From Gemmatimonadota bacterium (GTDB taxonomy: Bacteria; Gemmatimonadota; Gemmatimonadetes; Palauibacterales; Palauibacteraceae), in NCBI GenBank assembly GCA_963666735.1, contig OY762926.1, positions 1,600,001 through 1,664,000 on the forward strand: a stretch of DNA of 64,000 bases, in the 5' to 3' direction. Position numbers and translations under genes: made by a program. This document shows positions 20,038 through 28,506 of this stretch, piece by piece. The notes beneath the pieces are model-generated. The model was not told the DNA's origin. It was given only the letters and a program-made list of their open reading frames with translations, and made no database searches. Each line of letters begins with the position of its first letter. Positions within the stretch are counted from its first letter, which is position 1.

Positions 20038-21672
20038 TCAGTTGATGCGCTTCTCGCGGCCGGTCCACTCGCGGTCGCGGAGGATGTACTTCTGGACCTT
20101 GCCGGTGGAGGTCTTGGGGAGGGGGCCGAACTCGATCGCGTCGGGGCACTTGAAGTGGGCGATCCGGTCGCGGCAGAAATCGATGATCTCCCGCTCCTTG
20201 GCGTCGGCTTCCGGCTTCAGCGTGACGAACGCCTTGGGCCGTTCGCCCCACGCGTCGTGGGGGATGGCGATGACGGCGCATTCGAGCACGGCGGGGTGTC
20301 GTGCGACGGTCTGCTCGACCTCGATCGTGGAGATGTTCTCGCCGCCCGAGATGATGATGTCCTTGGCGCGGTCCCGAAGTTCGACGTAGCCATCGGGGTG
20401 CCACACGGCGAGGTCCCCGGAGTGGAACCAGCCCCCGCGGAAGGCTTCGTCCGTCGCCTCGGGCTGCGCGAAGTAGCCCTTCATGACGATGTTCCCACGC
20501 ATCACGACCTCGCCCATGGTCGCGGCGTCCCGCGGGACGTCCCTGCCCTCCCCGTCGACGACGCGCATGAGGTCGGCGCCGACGAAGGACTGGCCCTGAC
20601 GGGCGAGGAGCCGGGCCTGGTCCTCGGGCGGCCGGTCCTCCCAGTCCGCGTGCCGGGCGCAGGTGGCCGTGGGGCCGTACGTCTCGGTGAGCCCGTAGGC
20701 GTGGACGGGTTCGAAGTTCAACGCTTGCATTTGCTCGAGTAGCGTCGGCGAGGGGGGCGCTCCCGCGATCATCGTCCTAACCGGGTGCTCCAGGCGATGG
20801 GCGGCGGGATCGTTGACGAGCATGATCTGCACGGTCGGCGCCCCGCAGTAGTGGGTGACGCCCTCGGATTCGATCAACTCCCAGATGCGGCCGGGGTCGA
20901 CATCTCTCAGGCACACGTGAGTGCCCGCGATCGCGGTCACCGCCCAGGTAAAGCACCATCCGTTGCAGTGGAACATGGGGAGGGTCCAGAGATAGACGGC
21001 GCCTGGCGCCATCTTCATCTCGATGAGTTCGCCGATCGCGTTCAGGTACGCGCCGCGATGGGTGTACACGACGCCCTTGGGCCGGCCCGTCGTCCCCGAC
21101 GTGTAGTTCATCGAGATCGGGTCTTCTTCGTCTCCGGGGCCGGTCGCGAGGGGGGGCGGCTCTCCGGAACCGGAAGCCGAGCCGTCAGCCGAGTCGACGG
21201 CTGAGTCCTCGGCAGACGCGAGAAACGTCTCGTAGGGATCGTCGGGGGCGCCGGTATCGTCGATCCGCACCACCGACACGCCGTCGGCGCGGAGGGTGTC
21301 CCCGTCGATCAGGCCTTCGAGCGCCCGGTCGACGAACAGGTAGCGCGCGCCGCTGTGCTCGAGGATGTACGCGATCTCGGCCGCGGCCAGCCGCGTGTTG
21401 ATGGCGACCAGAACCGCGCCCGCCGCCGGCACGCCATAATGCGCCTCCAGGAGCGGCGGCGTGTTCGGCGACAGGAAGGCCACCCGGTCGCCGGGCTCCA
21501 CGCCGGCCGCGAGGAGCCCCGCCGCCAGCCGCCGCACGCGAAGCTCGAACTCCGCGTAGGTGTAGCTGCGATCCCCGTGTACGACGGCGGTCCTGCCGGG
21601 GTACACGCAGGCGCTCCGCCGCAGGAATTCGAGCGGCGTGAGTTCGGTCCGGTACGGGCTCCTCTCACTCAC
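20038..21672 (-). CDS. AMP-binding acyl-CoA synthetase
   Basis: 'NYTSGTTGRPKG', 'LPMFHCNGW', 'YGLTETY', 'GWFHSGDL', 'PKTSTGKVQK'. Confidence 0.92.
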   Translation of the reverse strand: MSERSPYRTELTPLEFLRRSACVYPGRTAVVHGDRSYTYAEFELRVRRLAAGLLAAGVEPGDRVAFLSPNTPPLLEAHYGVPAAGAVLVAINTRLAAAEIAYILEHSGARYLFVDRALEGLIDGDTLRADGVSVVRIDDTGAPDDPYETFLASAEDSAVDSADGSASGSGEPPPLATGPGDEEDPISMNYTSGTTGRPKGVVYTHRGAYLNAIGELIEMKMAPGAVYLWTLPMFHCNGWCFTWAVTAIAGTHVCLRDVDPGRIWELIESEGVTHYCGAPTVQIMLVNDPAAHRLEHPVRTMIAGAPPSPTLLEQMQALNFEPVHAYGLTETYGPTATCARHADWEDRPPEDQARLLARQGQSFVGADLMRVVDGEGRDVPRDAATMGEVVMRGNIVMKGYFAQPEATDEAFRGGWFHSGDLAVWHPDGYVELRDRAKDIIISGGENISTIEVEQTVARHPAVLECAVIAIPHDAWGERPKAFVTLKPEADAKEREIIDFCRDRIAHFKCPDAIEFGPLPKTSTGKVQKYILRDREWTGREKRIN

Positions 21673-21694
21673 CGGCGATCCCGCGGTGCTGCGC

Positions 21695-24337
21695 TCAGTC
21701 GCCGCCCGCACCGGCTTCGGACATCAGCCGCCGGTACACGCCGCGGGCTTCCTCGAACTGGCCGTAGACGTGGTCCTGCTCGGCCTGCGACCGCCAGCCC
21801 GGCCACTCCCGCGCCTGCCGCTCCAGTTCGTCGATCCAGTCGAGGCCGTACTGCGCCCCCGCCGCGTCCCGGATCGCCGCGCCGCCGACCGTGAGCCAGA
21901 CCGGATTCGTGAACCCCTGCGGGTAGGCCGCGTCGAGCGGGAATCGCTCCTCGGGTTCTCCCTCGGCCCGCAGATGGATCCAGCCGCTTCCGTCGATCTC
22001 GATGTCGCCCGAGAAGGAGGCCGACATCCGATCCTCCGAGAGTTCCAGATCGAGCACGTCTTCGCCGTCGCGCACGAGCCAGACCCGCGTCAGCGGCACG
22101 ATCGACCGCACGCGCGCCTCGACGCTCACGCTCGCGGCGACGGCCCCGAGATCCACCACGGAACCCGGGATCTCGCCGTTCACCGTGAGTTCGACGAGCG
22201 GCCCGTTGGTCACGAACGCAGCTGCGCCGCGCAGACCCTCGAACCAGCCGTCCGCCGTCAGGCGCCCGTCCGGCGTCCGCACGTACGTCCGCATCGCTCC
22301 CACGAGCGGGGTCGCCTGCAGGTTGCTGATCGAGTCCTCCCCGCCCGTCGCGCACACGCGCACGTCGTTGCTCCACAGCGCGTAGATCGGGAAGAAGCCG
22401 GCGCGCTCCGCCGACGACCACTCGAGCGCGTCGCTCGTCCCCAGCACGGCGTCGACCATGAACCCCTTGCCGCCCATGAGGCCCACGTCGAGCGGATCGA
22501 AGTCACCGAAGTAGGGGTGGACGTAGCCGGTCGTCGCGCCCTGGTCCTTCGCCTTCCGCATCATGTCCGTGTTCGACGGATAGAGGCTCTCGATCGCCGT
22601 CCCCTCGTATCCCGTCGTGAACGGCGAGATGAGGTGGTCGCGCATCCCGAACATGAACACGTGCCCGTAGAACGGCGGCCGGTACTCCTGCCCCACGACG
22701 ACGACCATCTCCTCCGTCGACACCGGGTGCGCCCCGCCCCCCGGCACGAAGAACTGGTGGTCGAGGATCCGGTTGTCCTTGTTCGCCACCTGCTCGTTCA
22801 CGATGTCCTGGTCCTCCGCCGCGGACATGAACATCAGGTTCTCGAGCGTGTTGTGGAGGTTCCCCGCGTAGTTCATGTGGACGTGCGTGGAGCCGTTGTG
22901 CCAGCCGTCCGCCGAGAGGTCCGCGAACCGGTGCAGGGTGACGGCCAGATCCACCGTCTCCCCGGCCTCGATCGCCACCTTCATGCGCTGCGGCTCGATC
23001 TCGAAGCCCTTCACGATGGTGAGGTCCGCTTCGCCCGGCGGGAGCGCGACCGTGAACGTGCCGTCCGTGTGGAAGGCGGGATAGCGCCCCCGCTGGCCGA
23101 TGCGCGCGTACTCGTCGGCCGGGGCATGATACTTCCCGTCCGGCCCCAGCAGCGTCACGCGCGCGGCCACCGGGTCCCGCCCGCTCGCGTCCGTGCGCAC
23201 CGTGACCGAGAGCATGCCCGCCGGCCCCGCGTACTCGCGCTCGCCGATCTCGATCCGCCGCCGCCCGCCGCCGTAGGTCTCGATCAACTCGAGCTGGGGG
23301 AGGCCGTCCTCGTTCGTGATGTAGGCGATCGTCTCCCCATCGGGGGACCAGCGCGGATGGAAGGCGTCGTGCTCGAAGAAGGTGAGCTTGTACGGTTCCC
23401 CGCCCTCGGTCGGCTGCACGTACAGGTTGTTGAACTGGTCCGCGGCGCCGGCCGTCGACGAGTAGACGAAGCGGCGACCGTCAAGCGACACGTCCGGCCG
23501 CGTACGATAGAGCGTCTGCTCCCGCAGCACCGTCCGCGCCGCCTGGATCCCGTCCGCGCGGGCCGGAACGCGGATCACGTTCCCCGAGCCCAGCGGGACG
23601 TCGCGGTTGGAGACGAGGAGGAGTTCCTCTCCGTTCGGCATCCAGGCGGGGGACAGGTGCATGTCCATCGGTCCGAAGTAGAGCCGATCGTTCCCGTAGC
23701 TGTTGTCACTGCTGACGGCGATCTCGGGTCCCGCCCAGTCGCCGTCCGCCACCGCCCGGATGTAGACGTTGAAGAAGCCGTTGGGCGCGCTCGACACGTA
23801 CGCGATGCGGCTCCCGTCCGGCGAGAACACCGGGTCCGCGTACACGAACCCGTCGTCCGTCAGCGCCCGCGTCTGGCCGCTCTCCGTGTCCAGCATCTCG
23901 AGCTGCGTCCGTTCGCCGCCGTAGTCCGCCGTGTACACGATCCAGCGGCCATCGGGGGAATAGGAGGGGGACGAGTGATACGTGCCCCCGCGCGTGAGTT
24001 CGGTGGCGTCGCCCGTCTCCACGTCCACCTCCCAGACGGATCCGGCCATCCCCACCGCAATCGATGCCCCGTCCGGCGACCACGCGGGGAACCAGGGCGT
24101 CGTGCCCGGCGCCGGCGGCAGGTAGTAGTTGTGCATGTAGTTGCCGCCGTGCCGCACGCCGGGATACCCGCCGAACGGGGGCGGCGGCTCTTCGGCGAGG
24201 ACGGGCGTGACGGGCCGGGCCGAAGCGGACTCGAGAAGCCCCGGCTCGCCGGAGGCGCCGGGCGCGTCTCCACCGGGCTCGCAGCCGAGCGTAAGGCCGA
24301 AGGAGAGAACGAAAAGGGGAGCGGGACCGATACGCAT
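21695..24337 (-). CDS. Lipoprotein: PD40/TolB-like beta-propeller fused to CehA/McbA-type (PHP-like) metallohydrolase
   Basis: Lipobox TLG-C; repeated 'PxxSPDG'; 'GSTHVHMNY', 'GQEYRPPFYGH', 'YVHP', 'GGED'. Confidence 0.8.
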   Translation of the reverse strand: MRIGPAPLFVLSFGLTLGCEPGGDAPGASGEPGLLESASARPVTPVLAEEPPPPFGGYPGVRHGGNYMHNYYLPPAPGTTPWFPAWSPDGASIAVGMAGSVWEVDVETGDATELTRGGTYHSSPSYSPDGRWIVYTADYGGERTQLEMLDTESGQTRALTDDGFVYADPVFSPDGSRIAYVSSAPNGFFNVYIRAVADGDWAGPEIAVSSDNSYGNDRLYFGPMDMHLSPAWMPNGEELLLVSNRDVPLGSGNVIRVPARADGIQAARTVLREQTLYRTRPDVSLDGRRFVYSSTAGAADQFNNLYVQPTEGGEPYKLTFFEHDAFHPRWSPDGETIAYITNEDGLPQLELIETYGGGRRRIEIGEREYAGPAGMLSVTVRTDASGRDPVAARVTLLGPDGKYHAPADEYARIGQRGRYPAFHTDGTFTVALPPGEADLTIVKGFEIEPQRMKVAIEAGETVDLAVTLHRFADLSADGWHNGSTHVHMNYAGNLHNTLENLMFMSAAEDQDIVNEQVANKDNRILDHQFFVPGGGAHPVSTEEMVVVVGQEYRPPFYGHVFMFGMRDHLISPFTTGYEGTAIESLYPSNTDMMRKAKDQGATTGYVHPYFGDFDPLDVGLMGGKGFMVDAVLGTSDALEWSSAERAGFFPIYALWSNDVRVCATGGEDSISNLQATPLVGAMRTYVRTPDGRLTADGWFEGLRGAAAFVTNGPLVELTVNGEIPGSVVDLGAVAASVSVEARVRSIVPLTRVWLVRDGEDVLDLELSEDRMSASFSGDIEIDGSGWIHLRAEGEPEERFPLDAAYPQGFTNPVWLTVGGAAIRDAAGAQYGLDWIDELERQAREWPGWRSQAEQDHVYGQFEEARGVYRRLMSEAGAGGD

Positions 24338-24626
24338 GGCAACTCGCAGGGTCGAGGATCGGCGACAGGGGTTCCCAACTTGGTCAGCCCCTACCGGCCC
24401 GCGCAACGCGGCCCGCGCGCGGGTGTGGGCCGTCCGCGTCTAGGGTGGGATGAGCGCCGGCGCCTCGCCGCTGAACGCCAGCGGAACGGCGAAGGGCCGG
24501 CAGATCCTGTCGTTCGCTGCTTGCACGAGAAGGCGACTCCCGGAGGTCACAGGTCATCGTGACGGCTCCGGGAGCTGGACCCTCGCCGGACCCGAAAGGT
24601 CACGGCGAGGGGGCTTGTCCGCGGCG

Positions 24627-24947
24627 TCAGGCTCCAGGCGGGCGGTAGGCGACGCCCTTCGCGACGGCCTCGTCCACCGTCTCGGGGTCGATCAGCACCG
24701 TCACGGAGACGGTCAGGGCCCCCGCGGCGGCGATATTGAGCGAGAGCGTCGTGGCGGCAGTGGCGTCGGGAAGATCCGCGATCAGAAGGAGGTCGTCATC
24801 GCCGAAGGCGTAGTAGAAGCCTTCCAGTGTGCCGCCCGCGCTCTCCACTGTCTGGCGCAGCGCTTCCCGGCGGCCGGTGCCACCCTCGGCGATCAGACCC
24901 TTCAGACCCGATTGCGTGTAGCTCGTGCGGAACATGTACTTGGCCAT
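24627..24947 (-). CDS. GYD domain-containing protein
   Basis: 'SYTQSGLKGLIAEGGTGRR...FYYAFGDDD'. Confidence 0.8.
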   Translation of the reverse strand: MAKYMFRTSYTQSGLKGLIAEGGTGRREALRQTVESAGGTLEGFYYAFGDDDLLLIADLPDATAATTLSLNIAAAGALTVSVTVLIDPETVDEAVAKGVAYRPPGA

Positions 24948-24998
24948 GATTCTCCGTGTTCTGGCTGGTGGTTTGTGGTTGGTTCGGGTACCCGCCGG

Positions 24999-27020
24999 TC
25001 AGCAGGTCAGGCAGTTGTTGTTGTTGTGAGAGCCGAGGCTCTCTAGAAGCGCAACGGTCTCCGGGAAGGGCGAGACGCGCTGCACGGGGCCGTTCGCCAT
25101 GTCGGCCGTCGTCTGGCCGCGGCGGCTGACGACCGTGACGTCCCCGCCCACCTCCACGAGATAGAGGATCATCTCGTTGTCGCCGCGCGAGGCGGCGTTA
25201 TGCAGCGCCGTGTAGCCGTTGTGGTCGCGGACGTTCACATCCGCGCCGAGTTCCTCGATGAGGTACTTCACGGCCGGCAGCCAGCCATCGGGCGTGTGGC
25301 GGTGCGCGTTGCCGGCGAACCCCTCGCCGTAGCCGACGCCGGAGGCCGCGTGGATGGGCATCACGCCCGGCCCGCCCGGGGGCACCGGGGGCAGCCCGGA
25401 GGCGTCCGGCGCGTTCGCCCGCGCCCGGTCCGCCGCCTCGGCGGCCTCGATCAGCTTGGACCGCACGTCCTCCGTGAGATTGTCGAGGTCCTTGTCGGGG
25501 AACTCTCCCCGCTCCTCCTCGGGCAACTGCTCCCGGATGTCCTGGAGCAGCTTGAGGCGCTCCTCCTGCGGGAGTTCGGCGTAGGAAGAGTCGCGCAGCG
25601 CGTTCAGCGCCTGCTGCCGCAGGAACTCGTCCGGAGAGAGACGCTGGCGCCGGGGGGGCGCCTTGGTCGGGATGTTCGGGTCGGCCCCGTACTCGACGAG
25701 GAGCTTCATCGCCTCGACGTCCGTCGCGTAGGCGGCGCGCCAGAAGGCGGTGGCGCCGTTGGTGTCGACGAGGCCGCAGTTCCGGTTGCCGCAGCCCGTG
25801 TACACCATGTACCACGGATGGCGCGTAATCCGATGGTCGGGGTCCGCGCCCGCGTCGAGCAGCGCGCGCGCCACCTCGAGGTAGTTGGCGCTCTGGAGCG
25901 GGCGCTCCTGCGGCTGCGGGAACCGTGTGCGCGGCTGCCATCGGGCGTTGAGGACCGCCCACAGCGGCGACACGCCGTTGAGTTCGGCGGCGATGTTCGG
26001 GTCCGCGCCCCGCTCGAGCAGCCGGAGCACCAAGTCGAACTGGCCGTTGATCGCGGCCATCACGAGCGGGCTCGTCCCGTCCGCCGCGCTCACCACGTCG
26101 ATGTCCGCGCCCCCGTCGAGGAGGGCCACGGCCGACTCCACATACCCCTGGCGGACCGCGTGCAGGAGCGGCGTCAGGCCGCCGATCTTCTCGACCGGCG
26201 GCAGGAAGAGACGGCTGAAGTCGCTCTCGTCCTCTTCTTCCTCCTCATCTTCCTCGGGGAGGCCGTCGGCGTAGATCTCGCGTCCCGCCCGCACGGCGGC
26301 CTGAAGCTCGCTCGGCGTCGGCGTGCGCGCCTCGTCCCCTTCTCCGACGAAGGCCTCGAGCACCTCCGTCTCACGCTGCCGGGCCAGGCGGTCCAGCTTC
26401 TCCTGCTCGATGATGTCGATGACGAGCGACGTGAGGTCGGGGTCCGCTCCGCCCTCCAGCAGCACCCGGATCGCGTCGGCCCGGTTGCCGGCGGCGGCGA
26501 ACACGAGGGGCGTCTGGCCCCACTCCGCCTCGACCGCATTGGGATCCGCGCCCGCGTCGAGCAGCACGCGGATCGCGTCGGGGTTCCCGGACGCGGCGGC
26601 GAGATGGAGCGGCGTGGCGTCGCCGTTCGCGGTCGCGGCCGTCGCGTCCGAACCTGCCCCGACCAGGCTGGCAAGGATCTCCGCCGAGCCCCGGCGCGCG
26701 GCGAGGTGGAGGGGTGTGTACTGCCCGATCCGCGTCACGGCCGCCACGTCGGCCCCGGCGTAGATGAGCATGTCCGCAAGTTCCGCGTCGCCCCTGTCGG
26801 CGGCCCAGTGGAGCGCCGTCATCCCGTCGCCCTGCGCGGCATTGACGTCCAGCCCCTGGCGCAGGAGTTCCCGCACCGTCTCGACTTCGCCGCGCATGGC
26901 GGCGTCGGCGACGGGCGAATCGGGTGGCGCGTCGGGCAGCGAGTAGGGCGGTGTCCCCGCCGAAACGAGGACAGCCGCGCATAGGACCGCGAACGCGTGC
27001 CGGAGCCTGCCCGCGCGCAC
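24999..27020 (-). CDS. Secreted ankyrin-repeat protein
   Basis: Many 'GxTPLHxAA...GADxN' repeats; signal peptide; probable GTG at 27020. Confidence 0.9.
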   Translation of the reverse strand: MRAGRLRHAFAVLCAAVLVSAGTPPYSLPDAPPDSPVADAAMRGEVETVRELLRQGLDVNAAQGDGMTALHWAADRGDAELADMLIYAGADVAAVTRIGQYTPLHLAARRGSAEILASLVGAGSDATAATANGDATPLHLAAASGNPDAIRVLLDAGADPNAVEAEWGQTPLVFAAAGNRADAIRVLLEGGADPDLTSLVIDIIEQEKLDRLARQRETEVLEAFVGEGDEARTPTPSELQAAVRAGREIYADGLPEEDEEEEEDESDFSRLFLPPVEKIGGLTPLLHAVRQGYVESAVALLDGGADIDVVSAADGTSPLVMAAINGQFDLVLRLLERGADPNIAAELNGVSPLWAVLNARWQPRTRFPQPQERPLQSANYLEVARALLDAGADPDHRITRHPWYMVYTGCGNRNCGLVDTNGATAFWRAAYATDVEAMKLLVEYGADPNIPTKAPPRRQRLSPDEFLRQQALNALRDSSYAELPQEERLKLLQDIREQLPEEERGEFPDKDLDNLTEDVRSKLIEAAEAADRARANAPDASGLPPVPPGGPGVMPIHAASGVGYGEGFAGNAHRHTPDGWLPAVKYLIEELGADVNVRDHNGYTALHNAASRGDNEMILYLVEVGGDVTVVSRRGQTTADMANGPVQRVSPFPETVALLESLGSHNNNNCLTC

Positions 27021-27022
27021 GA

Positions 27023-28459
27023 TCAGTTCCCCGCGTCCGTCGTGACTGGGTCGGCCTGGTTGAGCGACATCGGGCCGGTACTGTCGCCGAACTCGTGCAT
27101 GTCGTCCACGCCGAGTCCGTGCAGGACCGAGAGCATCGCGTTCGCCATCGGCGTTCCGTCCGGCGCCTTGATGTGCAGGTCGCCCTCGAGCATCCCGTTG
27201 CCGTGGCCGAGCATGAAGAGCGGCGCCCGCCGGTGGTTGTGCAGGTTCGCATCGGCCATCGGCGAACCCCACAGCACCACGCTCTGGTCGAGCAGGCTCG
27301 ACTCGCCGTGCATCGTGTTCTTGAGCTTGTCGATGAGGTACGGCAGCTGGCCCACGCGGAACTGGTTGATCCTGTTGAACTCCAGCACCGCTTCCTCCCG
27401 GTTCCCGTGGTGGGAGGCCGGGTGGAAGGGCCGGTCCGACTCGCTGTCCGGGAAGACCCGGTTCTGCGCGTCGCGCCCCGTCTTGAACGAGATCACGCGC
27501 GTCATGTCGGTCTCGAGCGCGAGCACCTGGATGTCGAACAGCATCTGCATGTGCTCGGTGAACGAATCGGGTACGCCCGCCGGCGCCTCCGGCAGGGCGC
27601 GTTCCTCGCCGCTCGAGTTCCGCCCCTCGACCATCTGAATCCGGCGCTCCAGTTCGCGGACGTTGGTCAGGTACTGGTCCATGCGGCGCGCATCCTCCGC
27701 GCCGAGAGTCCGCTGAACGGAGGAGATCTCGCCCGAGATCCAGTCGAGGATGCTGCGCCGCGTGGCCCGCCGCGCCGCCCGCTCCGCCTCGCTCCCGCCC
27801 GCGCCGAACAGAAGGTCGAAGGCGACCCGCGGATCGCGGATCATGGGCAGCGGTTCGGTCGGCGAGGCCCAACTCAGCGAATCGGTGTACGCGCACGAGT
27901 AGTTGTACGTGCAGCCGCCCGCCTGATCGAGGTTCTCAATGCAGAACTGCATCGACGGCATCGGCGTTTCCTGGCCGAAGCGCTGGGCATAGATCTGGTC
28001 CATCGAGGTTCCGCAGAAGATGTCGGACCCCTGCGTCTGCTTCGGGTGCGACTGCGTCAGGAACACGGCGCTCGAACGGAAGTGGTCCCCGCCGATCTCC
28101 GGCGGCGTGAACGCCTCGGCGTTCCGCACGTCCGTGTTGCTGATGATCGTCAGGTGCTCGCGGTACGGGCGCAGCGAGACGAGCGCGCTCTCATCGATGA
28201 TCTCGAAGTCGCGTCCCGTCTTCTCCGGCGCGAAGAGGAACTTCGTTGCGCCGTGCTCGCGGTTGCAGCCCGCGAGCCCATGCACTTCCTCGATCGCGAT
28301 GAAACGGGTTCCCGTCCCCTCGGTCAGGCCCTTCGCGCTGGTCGATCCCCACAGACGGCCCGCCGGAACCATCGAATCGAGCAACGGCAGGGCCAGAGTG
28401 GCCCCGACCCCTCGAATGAAGGTCCTGCGAGGCAGGTGCTGTCCGGTGATGAATTCCAT
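27023..28459 (-). CDS. DUF1552 (HXXSHH) family protein
   Basis: 'LPRRTFIRGVGATLALPLLDSM', 'FHPASHH', 'NLHNHRR'. Confidence 0.88.
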   Translation of the reverse strand: MEFITGQHLPRRTFIRGVGATLALPLLDSMVPAGRLWGSTSAKGLTEGTGTRFIAIEEVHGLAGCNREHGATKFLFAPEKTGRDFEIIDESALVSLRPYREHLTIISNTDVRNAEAFTPPEIGGDHFRSSAVFLTQSHPKQTQGSDIFCGTSMDQIYAQRFGQETPMPSMQFCIENLDQAGGCTYNYSCAYTDSLSWASPTEPLPMIRDPRVAFDLLFGAGGSEAERAARRATRRSILDWISGEISSVQRTLGAEDARRMDQYLTNVRELERRIQMVEGRNSSGEERALPEAPAGVPDSFTEHMQMLFDIQVLALETDMTRVISFKTGRDAQNRVFPDSESDRPFHPASHHGNREEAVLEFNRINQFRVGQLPYLIDKLKNTMHGESSLLDQSVVLWGSPMADANLHNHRRAPLFMLGHGNGMLEGDLHIKAPDGTPMANAMLSVLHGLGVDDMHEFGDSTGPMSLNQADPVTTDAGN

Positions 28460-28506
28460 GTTCTCCCTCTCGGAACGTCGGACCGTCGCCCGGCCGTGCG
28501 GGCCGT

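Noticed and set aside
21638..24562. Large antisense ORFs (also 38913-41687, 35639-37708, 28909-31059, 59696-61447)
   Set aside because: Shadow ORFs opposite motif-bearing genes; no recognisable domains
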